A stretch of DNA of 64,000 bases from a virus (taxonomy: Duplodnaviria > Caudoviricetes), in IMG/VR virus record IMGVR_UViG_3300028603_000002, positions 1-64,000 of that record, one strand, 5' to 3'. Under the pieces are notes generated by a model, which worked only from the letters and a program-made list of their open reading frames with translations, was not told where the DNA came from and did not search any database. Positions 47,991 through 57,842 of the stretch are shown piece after piece; positions within the stretch are counted from its first letter, which is position 1, and each line of letters begins with the position of its first letter. Position numbers and translations under genes: made by a program.

Positions 47991-49166
47991 ATGGATAAAA
48001 AATTTATATATATACCATCTTTAAGTGCAGGTGGATATAAACAATATTTAATAGAAGATAAAATATTAGTGCACTCGGGAATCAACTCAAGATTTTATTC
48101 AGATGATTTTCCTGAAAATTTTAGATACAAAAATTTTCTATTAACTGCCGGACACTTGTATAAAAAGAAAAATATACGAGAAGAAATGGGTTTAGAAGAT
48201 TCATTTGTATTTGGTGATTCAGGTGGTTTCCAGTTTGCCTCTGGTGCAAAGGTCTTTGATAAAACTATAAGGCATGAATTATTTACTTTTTTGGAAGGAA
48301 ATTGTGATATTGCAGCAAATTTAGATATTCCGCCTAAAATGACTTTAGCTTCAAAATTTGATGAATGTCTAGAATTATCAATTGATAATTTTAAATATTT
48401 CTATGATAATCAAAGTGGCAAAGTTAAATACTTAAATATCTTGCATGGAACAACACCGGAACAATTTATCCATTGGTATGATGGTATAAAGGATTTTGAA
48501 TTTTCTGGATGGGCAACTGGTACTGCATTTAAACTTGTTAATTGGATGTATACATTACATACATTGATATCTAACAGAGAATTTGAAAAAATAAGCTGTG
48601 AATATTTTCATATTTTTGGTGTTTCATCACCCTTTGATTTTTTAATAGCAGCAAAGATTCAGGAATGTATTAACAAGTATCATGATGGTAGAGTAACAAT
48701 TACAGTAGATTCAAGTTCACCTGGGTTAGGTGCTGTGTATGGATACTATTATCATCATGTTGATTATAATAAACAATCATTTAAGAAAATGAGGTTTTTT
48801 AAAGGGAACGATATTGTGTACCCAGATGCACCATTACCATGTACAATTGGTTGTCCTGCATGCAAGAATTCCAGCATTAAACATTTTAATACATATGATA
48901 CAATGATGACAAATCATGTTGTATTACACAATACACTTATTTTTGCCAAAGCCGCCGCAGATGCAAATGATTTAATAAAAGTACCAAGTGAGGTATTAGA
49001 AGTGTTAGTTGGTAGAAACATAATAAAAATATTGAAAAGTATTGAATTAATGTTTGTAGAAAATAGTTTGCATGTATATAATAAGTTTAAACAATTATAT
49101 TTGAAGTATGGTGGTGACCATGAAAGTGAGCAAGAAGTAAAACATAATTTTTTTAATTTTAATTGA
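47991..49166 (+). CDS. dpdA: TGT-family transglycosylase (DpdA-like; inserts 7-deazaguanine into DNA)
   Basis: DSGGFQ, LDIPP, ILHG, HIFG, DSSS, Zn site C..GC..C...HN; clustered with que genes and overlapping polB. Confidence 0.85.
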   Translation: MDKKFIYIPSLSAGGYKQYLIEDKILVHSGINSRFYSDDFPENFRYKNFLLTAGHLYKKKNIREEMGLEDSFVFGDSGGFQFASGAKVFDKTIRHELFTFLEGNCDIAANLDIPPKMTLASKFDECLELSIDNFKYFYDNQSGKVKYLNILHGTTPEQFIHWYDGIKDFEFSGWATGTAFKLVNWMYTLHTLISNREFEKISCEYFHIFGVSSPFDFLIAAKIQECINKYHDGRVTITVDSSSPGLGAVYGYYYHHVDYNKQSFKKMRFFKGNDIVYPDAPLPCTIGCPACKNSSIKHFNTYDTMMTNHVVLHNTLIFAKAAADANDLIKVPSEVLEVLVGRNIIKILKSIELMFVENSLHVYNKFKQLYLKYGGDHESEQEVKHNFFNFN

Positions 49167-51640
49167 TGTACCAGAATATATACTACGATAAAGACGAAAA
49201 GATAATGCATCTGTGGGATGATGAGTTGGGGTATAAGAAATTCCCATGGAAGAATTATGCGTTTAAATTAAATCATAATGGTGAATATAAAACATTATTT
49301 GGAGACAAAGTTACCAAAGTTAGAAAATATCATTATAATGATAGTAATATATTTCAATCTGATGTAGATCCTGAGACGGCATATATAGTCGAAAATTATT
49401 TAGACTCTGATGAAATTTCAATAAATCATAGAATATTATGGTATGATATTGAAGTAGAAAAAACAGATTCCTTTAGTACAGCACAAGAAGCAAGAAATAA
49501 AATAATATCAGTTACGCTATGGTGTAATACAGATTCGAAGTTTATAACATTAATTCTTGGAAATAAATTTGATGTTAAATCAGCCAGAGAAAATTTTGAA
49601 TTACATTTCTTTGACAATGAAGAAGATTTATTAGAAGCATTTGTTGATTTGTGGGTATCATATAACCCAACTATCATAAGTGGATGGAACATTGATTATT
49701 TTGATACACCATATACAATTAATAGAATCAAAAAAATACTAGGTGATTATGATGCTAATAGATTATCTCCTATTAAACAGATAAAAATGGAATCCGATGG
49801 TCGGTATAGTATAAAAGGAATTACTAATTTAGATTATTTGTTTCTTTATAAAAGATTCACTCAGAATGAATTACCTAAATATTCACTCGATTATGTAGCA
49901 AAAGAAGAATTGGGAAGAGGCAAGATTGAATATGAAGGATCATTACAGCAATTATATGAAAATAATCCTGAATTATTTATAGAATACAATATTATTGATG
50001 TCGATCTACCAATTGCATTAGATAATAAATTACAATTAATTGAATTAGTTTTAACTATATGCCACGAGTGTCATGTCCCATACAACGCAATATGGCATAC
50101 AAGTCACTATTTAGATGGTGCTGCTATAACATTCTTAAATAGAAAAAATATAGTAGTACCAAATAAGAAATATAATACAGGTGATGGTACCCAAGCTCAA
50201 GGTGCATATGTAAAAGATCCACAGGTTGGTTATTATAAATGGGTATATGATTTAGATTTAAAAGCACTATATCCATCCACAATGCGTTCATTGAATATCT
50301 CCCCAGAGACTAAAGTGGGAAAAATATATAATTGGGACGAGGCGACATTTTTAAAGGATGTCGATATAACATATGATGTAGAGATACAAAATAACAGAGG
50401 AAATATTGATAAAGAAAATCTAAAAACTTTCTTTGAAGAAAATCAAATTTCAATTGCTAGCAATGGTGTATTATATAGTACTAAAAATGTTGGTTTTGTT
50501 CCTGAGATACTTGAATACTGGGATAATGAACGTACTGTATTCAAGGATAAGATGAAAGAGTATAAAAGGAAAGGCGATGACGAAAAAGGAAAATATTATT
50601 ATCTTCGTCAATGGTCAAAAAAGATTATCAGCAATTCATTTTACGGTGTATTGTTGTTAGAAACTTTCAGATTTTATGATAAAGATAATGGCGAAGCAAT
50701 AACATTGACTGGGCAATCGGTTATTAAATTTACAACTAAAGTAGCAAATAGTGTTTATAATAAAGAACTTGGAACTGTAGGGAAAGATTATTGTATTTAT
50801 ACTGACACAGATAGTGTATTTTACACTTCATTGCCGTTTATTGAGAGAGACGGTATTGACCCAGATAATGATGATGAATCAATAAAGAAAACATTAGAAG
50901 TAGCTGATTTGGCACAATCTACAATAAATGCAGCATATGATGAATATGCAAGAAGATTACATAATATTGATAAACATTGTTTTATTATTAAACAAGAAGT
51001 TGTTGCAAGAAGAGCATTATTTGTAGCTAAGAAAAGATACACTCAATGGATGGTATATGAAGAAGGTGTGTCTGTTAATAAAATGGATGTTAAAGGATTA
51101 GATACTGTAAGATCAGATTTCCCGCAATCTTTTAGGACTATTGTAGAGAAGTTATTTGAAATGGTTTTACATGATAAAGAACAAGATGAAGTAGAAAAAT
51201 TAATAGTTGATTTTAAAAAGAAGAATGTAGAGAATGAGTTATATTCACGCATGCGCCCAACTGGTGTAAAAAATATAACTAAATACAAATTTGATAATAG
51301 AGACATATTCCATTTTATGAAAGGAACACCGGTTCATGTAAAAGCAGCATTATCATATAATGATTTCTTAGAATATAAGAATGTAAGGGGATATAAGTCA
51401 ATAACAGATGGTGATAAGATAGTATATGCTTATTTAAGAGATAACCCGTTAAAACTATCCGCAATAGCATTACCAGTGGATGATGTGCCGAAAGAAGTAG
51501 AAGATTTTGTGTATAATTATATTGATGATGCACAAATTTTTGACAGTTTATTAAAAGATAAAATACAAAAAATATTTACTGCCCGCGGATGGGGGCAAAT
51601 AATTTTAAACAATACAATAAAACAATTCTTTGAATTATGA
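49166..51640 (+). CDS. Family B DNA polymerase (T4 gp43-like)
   Basis: Exonuclease YDIE, GWNIDYFD, YSLD, YNIIDV; polymerase DLKALYPS, KIISNSFYG, YTDTDS, KKRY, KGL. ATG 49166 overlaps the dpdA TGA. Confidence 0.96.
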   Translation: MYQNIYYDKDEKIMHLWDDELGYKKFPWKNYAFKLNHNGEYKTLFGDKVTKVRKYHYNDSNIFQSDVDPETAYIVENYLDSDEISINHRILWYDIEVEKTDSFSTAQEARNKIISVTLWCNTDSKFITLILGNKFDVKSARENFELHFFDNEEDLLEAFVDLWVSYNPTIISGWNIDYFDTPYTINRIKKILGDYDANRLSPIKQIKMESDGRYSIKGITNLDYLFLYKRFTQNELPKYSLDYVAKEELGRGKIEYEGSLQQLYENNPELFIEYNIIDVDLPIALDNKLQLIELVLTICHECHVPYNAIWHTSHYLDGAAITFLNRKNIVVPNKKYNTGDGTQAQGAYVKDPQVGYYKWVYDLDLKALYPSTMRSLNISPETKVGKIYNWDEATFLKDVDITYDVEIQNNRGNIDKENLKTFFEENQISIASNGVLYSTKNVGFVPEILEYWDNERTVFKDKMKEYKRKGDDEKGKYYYLRQWSKKIISNSFYGVLLLETFRFYDKDNGEAITLTGQSVIKFTTKVANSVYNKELGTVGKDYCIYTDTDSVFYTSLPFIERDGIDPDNDDESIKKTLEVADLAQSTINAAYDEYARRLHNIDKHCFIIKQEVVARRALFVAKKRYTQWMVYEEGVSVNKMDVKGLDTVRSDFPQSFRTIVEKLFEMVLHDKEQDEVEKLIVDFKKKNVENELYSRMRPTGVKNITKYKFDNRDIFHFMKGTPVHVKAALSYNDFLEYKNVRGYKSITDGDKIVYAYLRDNPLKLSAIALPVDDVPKEVEDFVYNYIDDAQIFDSLLKDKIQKIFTARGWGQIILNNTIKQFFEL

Positions 51641-52338
51641 AAAAAGTAGATTTATTAAACATGATTAAGAAGTATCATTTAAATGGTACTTGTGAAAGTT
51701 GTATATTCGATTGTACAGTGGATAATTATGCCACGGTCACCGTAGCCCCCGAAGAGAAAAATATGGTTGCAATAGTTACTTGTACTTTACCTGAATTACC
51801 AAATTCAAAATTGGGTATTTATGAGACAAGCAAATTGCTGAAATTAATATCAATTCTTGATGATGAAATTAAAATATCAATTGATGATTCAGTTTTTCAA
51901 TTGTCAGATGGTAAAATAGAATCTAATTTTATTTTAAGTGATTTAGAAATTATACCTAAACCACCAGCTATCAAGGAAATTCCTGAAATGGATATTGAAA
52001 TAGAGTTAACACCAGAATTCAGAACTAATTTCTTAAAGGCATGCAATGCTCTAACAGATAATGTTAATTTTGGTATTGTTGTAGAAGATGGGAAGATAAA
52101 TGTTATACTGAACTATTCATTACACAATGTAACTAACATTAAAATACCGGCAGCTGGTACAATTCATAATGAAATTGAACCTATTAAGTTCTATATTAAT
52201 TACTTGAAAGAAATATTACTAGCAAACTCAGAATATGAAACTAGCAAGTTTTTAATATCCGGTGCTGGATTAGCAAAAATAGCATTTACAGGAAAAGATT
52301 ATGAAGCACAATATTACTTAGTTAAATTACAAGACTAA
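51637..52338 (+). CDS. Sliding clamp (T4 gp45-like)
   Basis: 233 aa; LGIYETSKLLKLIS motif; lies between polB and the clamp loader. Confidence 0.75.
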   Translation: MKKVDLLNMIKKYHLNGTCESCIFDCTVDNYATVTVAPEEKNMVAIVTCTLPELPNSKLGIYETSKLLKLISILDDEIKISIDDSVFQLSDGKIESNFILSDLEIIPKPPAIKEIPEMDIEIELTPEFRTNFLKACNALTDNVNFGIVVEDGKINVILNYSLHNVTNIKIPAAGTIHNEIEPIKFYINYLKEILLANSEYETSKFLISGAGLAKIAFTGKDYEAQYYLVKLQD

Positions 52339-53252
52339 TGAGTACAAATAGTTTATGGGTAGAAATGTTTAGACCCACTACTTTAGAGAATTATATTGGA
52401 AATGAACATTTGAAAGAGAAAGTTCAGAGGTATATTGATACTCAAGATGTTCCACACCTACTATTTTATGGTCGAGCTGGAACTGGTAAGACGACATTAG
52501 CTAAAATTATTGCTAATTCAGTAGATGCTGATATTATGTATATCAATGCATCTGATGAAAATAATGTTGAAACAGTTAGGACAAAGGTAAAGGGGTTCGC
52601 GTCTACCATTGGATTTAAGAAATGGAAAATTATAATTCTTGATGAAAGTGACTATATCACGTCTAATGGTCAGGCAGCGTTAAGAAACCTAATGGAAACA
52701 TTTTCAAAGAATACTAGATTTGTTTTAACTTGTAATTATGTTGAGAAAATTATAGATCCTATTCAAAGCAGATGTCAAACATTTGAAATTCATCCACCAT
52801 CTAAAATAGATGTTGCAAAAAGAATAGTGCAAATAATGAAGGAATTGGATGTGGAATTTACAAACCAAGATTTGGCGCATATAATCAACTTAACATATCC
52901 AGATATAAGACGGGTATTAAATTCATGCCAACGTTCTGTAATAGATGGTGTATTACAAGTAACTAGCACTGATGTCGTTAGGTCTAGCTATATTGATGAT
53001 ATCATAGAGGAATTGAAAGCAAAGGGGAATGCTAAAGATAAGTTTCAAAATATAAGAAAGATAATAGCAGATTCAAAAGTTCGAGATTTCACATCGTTGT
53101 ATAAAGAATTGTATGATAAAGTTGAAGATTACTCAAAAGATATCCCAGCATCAATACTAACAATTGCAGAACATCAAATTAATGATGTGCATATAGTTGA
53201 TAAAGAAATAAATGTTGCTGCAATGTTGTTAAAAATAATTGAACAGAAATGA
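52338..53252 (+). CDS. Clamp loader large subunit (gp44/RFC)
   Basis: WVEMFRP, GRAGTGKTT, INASDE, ILDESD, LTCNY, SRC, PDIR. Confidence 0.95.
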   Translation: MSTNSLWVEMFRPTTLENYIGNEHLKEKVQRYIDTQDVPHLLFYGRAGTGKTTLAKIIANSVDADIMYINASDENNVETVRTKVKGFASTIGFKKWKIIILDESDYITSNGQAALRNLMETFSKNTRFVLTCNYVEKIIDPIQSRCQTFEIHPPSKIDVAKRIVQIMKELDVEFTNQDLAHIINLTYPDIRRVLNSCQRSVIDGVLQVTSTDVVRSSYIDDIIEELKAKGNAKDKFQNIRKIIADSKVRDFTSLYKELYDKVEDYSKDIPASILTIAEHQINDVHIVDKEINVAAMLLKIIEQK

Positions 53253-53674
53253 GTATTTTTGATCATATTAATAATTTAACTTACAAGAAAGTACCGTGGG
53301 AAAAGTTAAATGAATCTGAAAAGAAATCATTTAGTCCTTATATGACTGATAGAATTTTCAGTATGAATAGTGATCTGTTACCAATTGTGAATTTCTTACA
53401 GCGATATACAGTTGGAGAACTAACTCCGGAATTTGTATATAAATTGTATTATCATTTAATGCCCAAAAAGAAAATATATACAAAATATATTAAAGGGGCA
53501 ACAAAGGAAAAATACAAAAAAGAGTTAGTTGAAATTATGAAAAAATATTATCAATTAGCATCATATGAAGTTATTGATTATTTAGATATATTGATGGATG
53601 AAAATCCTAATGAAGTAATTAATATAATTACTAAATACGGATATACTAAAAAAGAGGCTAAGAAATTATTATGA
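53249..53674 (+). CDS. Clamp loader small subunit (gp62-like)
   Basis: MSIFDHIN, FSPYM..R.FSM, KYIK; follows gp44. Confidence 0.8.
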   Translation: MSIFDHINNLTYKKVPWEKLNESEKKSFSPYMTDRIFSMNSDLLPIVNFLQRYTVGELTPEFVYKLYYHLMPKKKIYTKYIKGATKEKYKKELVEIMKKYYQLASYEVIDYLDILMDENPNEVINIITKYGYTKKEAKKLL

Positions 53675-54384
53675 AAGTAGGATTAGTTTTGCATGGTTTA
53701 GTTGGAAGTATAACGGGAAAGAATTATCAGATGATGGGTGGAAGTGATAAAGTATTGGAACACTCATCTGAACATAATATAAAAAATATAATTAATCAAT
53801 ATGATACAGATGTATATGTACATACTTGGAGTGTTGAGTTAGAAGAACAAATTAATGAAGTGTACAAGCCAGTGAAAATGGAAGCAACGGAACAAATACA
53901 ATTTGAAGTTCCTGATTATATTAAGGCAGATCATAAAAGAGCATTTGCACATTTAAGTAGGTGGTATTCATTTATGAGAGCAGTTGATTTAATATCATCA
54001 AATGATTATACACATATAATTGTTCAGAGATTTGATTTAGTTTGGAATGTTGTTCCTAAGTTTGAAGAAATGGATCCTAATTATGTATGGACAGGAATAA
54101 TACCGTTAAACCATTCATATGAATGGTGTGATAGGTGGATATGTAGTTCGTATGAAAACATGAAAAAGTTTGCTACTTTATATGAAAAAATTCCCAATTA
54201 TATGGCTACAAATGGAGATTTACCATCATCAAAACAATATGGTGGAATATCAAGTCATAAATTAACTAATCATCATGCAAAGAAATTAGCTTTGGAAGGA
54301 AAAAGAAAGTATACATTTGGTGGATATAGTTTACAACAGAATGATTATAATGAGGTTAGGCGCCAATACTATGGAGATAATTAA
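53671..54384 (+). CDS. Putative glycosyltransferase-like protein
   Basis: KVGLVLHG, DVYVHTW, SRWYS, Y..II..RFDL, CDRW pattern. Confidence 0.55.
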   Translation: MKVGLVLHGLVGSITGKNYQMMGGSDKVLEHSSEHNIKNIINQYDTDVYVHTWSVELEEQINEVYKPVKMEATEQIQFEVPDYIKADHKRAFAHLSRWYSFMRAVDLISSNDYTHIIVQRFDLVWNVVPKFEEMDPNYVWTGIIPLNHSYEWCDRWICSSYENMKKFATLYEKIPNYMATNGDLPSSKQYGGISSHKLTNHHAKKLALEGKRKYTFGGYSLQQNDYNEVRRQYYGDN

Positions 54385-54395
54385 CAAAGTATATT

Positions 54396-54758
54396 ATGGA
54401 AACAATAGATAAACCATGGGGCTTATATGAGGCAATAATTGCTATTGATAATATCAATCAATTTACATTGAAGCGAATAATAATAGATCCTGAAGAACAT
54501 CCATCGGATCAAAAACATGCACATAGAAATGAAATTTGGATGGTATATGCTGGAGTAGGCACATTGATTACTGAATCAGATGCAGGAAAAAATGTAATAA
54601 TAATTCGTGAAGGAGATGTTGTTCATATTGAAAAAAATACTTGGCATTTAATTATTAGCAGTGGGGATGAACCATTGGAATTCTTTGAAATACAATATGG
54701 TGAGCTGTGCGCCGAGGAGGATATAACGAGAAGATTTGACAAATATGAAAGAGAATAG
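54396..54758 (+). CDS. Cupin, type II phosphomannose isomerase C-terminal-like
   Basis: KPWG.YE, QKHAHRNEIW, WHLI, EIQYG..EEDI.R..D.Y.R. Confidence 0.85.
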   Translation: METIDKPWGLYEAIIAIDNINQFTLKRIIIDPEEHPSDQKHAHRNEIWMVYAGVGTLITESDAGKNVIIIREGDVVHIEKNTWHLIISSGDEPLEFFEIQYGELCAEEDITRRFDKYERE

Positions 54759-56340
54759 AATTAAGAGAGTATTCATACCAACTGCAGGGATAGGTAGTAG
54801 GTTAGGTGAATTGACTATGGTGTTTAACAAGTGTATGTTACCATATAGAGGCAGACCTGCTATACATGCTATTATCCAAGCATATCCTGGTGAATGTGAA
54901 TTTATAATTGCATTGGGTTATGGTGGAGATATAGTGATGGATTATCTAATTACAGTATTCCCTGATAAAAAATTTAAATTTATTTTTATTAAAAAATATG
55001 ACCCATCAGAAGGTGGTAGTTTATTAGAAACATTATATCAATGCAGAGAACATTTCAACCAACCATTTATATTCCACGCAGCAGATAGTATTACACCCAG
55101 AGGATTTAACGTAAATAGTAAACATAATGTCATATTAACCAGTGAAAAATTAAATATTGATAAGTATACGAAATTAACAGTTGGTAAAAGTAAAGTAAAA
55201 GAGATTAAGGTTGATAGATATGATATAGACACTTATATGATAGGTGTTTATTCAATCATAGATTATAAGAAATTTGTTAAAGGCATCAATTATAATTACA
55301 AACATATTACTAATACAAGTGACACAGCTGTATTAGATTATATGATGAATAAAAAATGTAAGTTTGAATATTTACATATCGGTACTGGGTTTTGGGTTGA
55401 TTATGGAGATCCAATACAGGTAGAAAAACATATGAAAGATAATGTATTAGGTCTAAATACATTACCTAAAAAGAATCAAATGATATATCGATATAAAGAT
55501 CAAATTATTAAAGTATTTTCAGAACCATGGAAAAGTAGAAAGTTATATGAAACGTATAAAGTTTTGAAACCTAGTGGATTAATGGTGGATGTAGTCAATT
55601 ATTCAAAATATACATTTATAACAAAATATGCTCCAGGAATTACATTAAGAAAACATTTAGAAGGGAATTTAAATGATATATCTTTCTATAATGTTTTGGA
55701 AAAATTTCATGCTGATAATATAATCAAAAGTACACCTAAACAGAAAAGAGAATTCGTTGAGAAATTCTATATTGAAAAAACAAGAAATCGAGTCGCTGAA
55801 TTTTTAAGAACTGATCCGGTGAATGATATCGTATTAGATGATAAATTTTCGATTAATGGTATTGAAATAGATAGCATAACAGATCTGTTAGATAGGTTAT
55901 TCGAATATTTACGAACAATGGATTTATTTAATGTAACTTGTGGAAAAGTACATGGAGATTTAGTCTTAGATAATATCATTATTAATGGTAATGATATTAA
56001 ATTTATTGATTGGAGAGAAGAAACAATAGAAGGAGTACATGGTTACGGCGATCAAGTATATGATATAGCAAAATTATTACATAGTTGTTGTTTTGATCAT
56101 AATAATTTTAATGATTCACATCTTTTATTAGTAAAGAATCAACATGTAATAGTTCAAATGGTAGGACATAACTCTAAATTAATGAATATCTTAGATAATC
56201 TCCCATTGAAATACTTGCATATTTTAGTTGGGTTGATTTGGTTAAATATGTCACCATTGCATGGTAGGGAATATGGAAGATATTTATTCTTTGCTGGATT
56301 ACATAGAATAGCATTTTGGTTAAACGAAGACGATGAATAG
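54745..56340 (+). CDS. Fusion of an NTP-transferase domain and a choline/aminoglycoside-kinase-like domain
   Basis: N-terminal IPTAGIGSRL...NKCML and W.DYG; C-terminal HGDLVLDNII, FIDWR, GDQVYDIAKL. Confidence 0.8.
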   Translation: MKENRIKRVFIPTAGIGSRLGELTMVFNKCMLPYRGRPAIHAIIQAYPGECEFIIALGYGGDIVMDYLITVFPDKKFKFIFIKKYDPSEGGSLLETLYQCREHFNQPFIFHAADSITPRGFNVNSKHNVILTSEKLNIDKYTKLTVGKSKVKEIKVDRYDIDTYMIGVYSIIDYKKFVKGINYNYKHITNTSDTAVLDYMMNKKCKFEYLHIGTGFWVDYGDPIQVEKHMKDNVLGLNTLPKKNQMIYRYKDQIIKVFSEPWKSRKLYETYKVLKPSGLMVDVVNYSKYTFITKYAPGITLRKHLEGNLNDISFYNVLEKFHADNIIKSTPKQKREFVEKFYIEKTRNRVAEFLRTDPVNDIVLDDKFSINGIEIDSITDLLDRLFEYLRTMDLFNVTCGKVHGDLVLDNIIINGNDIKFIDWREETIEGVHGYGDQVYDIAKLLHSCCFDHNNFNDSHLLLVKNQHVIVQMVGHNSKLMNILDNLPLKYLHILVGLIWLNMSPLHGREYGRYLFFAGLHRIAFWLNEDDE

Positions 56341-56860
56341 AACATTACAAAAAGCGTGCGAAGTATCATTGCATAATGATTTCACACATGTACTTGAATT
56401 TGGAGTATATAAAGGTGGCACATTAAAACAACTATCTAAATTTTATAATTCAACTGTACATGGATTTGATTCTTTTGAAGGTTTGCCTGAAGATTGGGTT
56501 GGTACTAACCACAAGAAAGGAGGCATGAGTGCTGGTGGAAGAATACCTGAAATACCAAATTGTAAGATCTGGAAGGGTTGGTTTGAGAATACTATTCCAG
56601 AATACTTAAAAGAGTATAAAGGTCCAATTAAACTATTGCATATTGATTGTGATTTATATAGTAGCACAAAAACAATATTAGAACTATTAAATGATAATAT
56701 AGTTAGTGGTACAATATTATGTTTTGATGAATGGTATTATAATCATAATCCAAAGTACAAAGACCACGAACAGAAAGCATTTTTTGAATGGATAGGAGAT
56801 AGGGAATTTGTATTGGAATTACCAATTGAAGATGAACGACAAATAGTACATATATTATGA
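56333..56860 (+). CDS. TylF/MycF-type sugar O-methyltransferase
   Basis: LEFGVYKGGT, GFDSFEGLPEDW, KGWF..T, HIDCDLYSST, FDE. Confidence 0.88.
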   Translation: MNRTLQKACEVSLHNDFTHVLEFGVYKGGTLKQLSKFYNSTVHGFDSFEGLPEDWVGTNHKKGGMSAGGRIPEIPNCKIWKGWFENTIPEYLKEYKGPIKLLHIDCDLYSSTKTILELLNDNIVSGTILCFDEWYYNHNPKYKDHEQKAFFEWIGDREFVLELPIEDERQIVHIL

Positions 56861-57840
56861 TATATATAGGATTGATGAACCCTATAATAACTAGGGCAGT
56901 TTTAAATTTCAATAAAAAACACAATGAATATCTAGGCTTGATAATCAGTACATCCCAGTTTAGTCATTGTGGAGGATATTATCCATCAAAATATGATTTT
57001 AATTACACCTTGAAATTAATAAAAGATATTGATTCACATATTAGAATTGGCAGAGATCATTATGATTCATTGGATAATGATTTACATTGCAGCGATATTG
57101 GAATAGTTGATTATATACATATTGATCCAATTTATGACAGCAATGGCAAGAAAAATGATATCATCGGTTATACGTCAGATGTTATTTATATGATGAACGA
57201 ACTAGTAAAATTTGATAAGAAGATTAAATTTGAAATCGGCACTGAACAAAGATTATTGAAATTTAGTATACAAGATTTTGATTATTTCTTAAGTAATATT
57301 CAACAAGTATACGGAGAGGATAAGTTAGAGTACATAGTAGTTCAAAGCAATGAAGATTTATCATATAACAATTTATTGACACAACAAGCTCCTGAAATTA
57401 CTTACGATGATTCTGCTAGATATCATCAAATGATAACAATAGCTAAAGAATACTATCCCAATGTTAAATTGAAACAACACAACCAAGATTTTGTCCCTGC
57501 CAATGATATAAGAAATAAATTGAACCTTAATTTTGGTGGATCTAATTTAGATGCTATAAATTTAGGTCCACAAATAGCTCAAATGTTTAATGAGATTGTG
57601 TATGAGGAATTAAACCCAACCCGGAGAATAGAAGTAGTTAGAAGAATACTTAAGAATGAAGCATTTAAAAAGTGGTGTACATATAATAATATAATGGATA
57701 CAACACCAGAAAAAATGTTTACTTTATTTGCACATTATATTTATAAGGAATTAGATTATTCAATAGATCACAATAGCATATTTGAAAAATTTTATCCTGA
57801 ATTTGAAAAATTTATTTTAGAAAGATTGCCTGGAGGATAA
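56857..57840 (+). CDS. GatZ/KbaZ (tagatose-phosphate epimerase/aldolase)-like TIM barrel
   Basis: SQ...GGY, RDH, IHIDP, FEIGTE, VVQS, KQHNQDF, AINLGPQ. Confidence 0.65.
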   Translation: MIYIGLMNPIITRAVLNFNKKHNEYLGLIISTSQFSHCGGYYPSKYDFNYTLKLIKDIDSHIRIGRDHYDSLDNDLHCSDIGIVDYIHIDPIYDSNGKKNDIIGYTSDVIYMMNELVKFDKKIKFEIGTEQRLLKFSIQDFDYFLSNIQQVYGEDKLEYIVVQSNEDLSYNNLLTQQAPEITYDDSARYHQMITIAKEYYPNVKLKQHNQDFVPANDIRNKLNLNFGGSNLDAINLGPQIAQMFNEIVYEELNPTRRIEVVRRILKNEAFKKWCTYNNIMDTTPEKMFTLFAHYIYKELDYSIDHNSIFEKFYPEFEKFILERLPGG

Positions 57841-57842
57841 GC

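Noticed and set aside
47991-49166. Canonical tRNA-guanine transglycosylase for queuosine
   Set aside because: It is very divergent from bacterial Tgt outside DSGGFQ, no queF/queA/queG or tRNA genes are visible, and it is coupled to the DNA polymerase. A DNA-acting DpdA role is more likely, though not proven.
2375-51640. Inteins or group I introns in terL, helicase, nrdJ or polB
   Set aside because: Lengths are normal and motifs contiguous; I saw no intein-like insertions or split reading frames.
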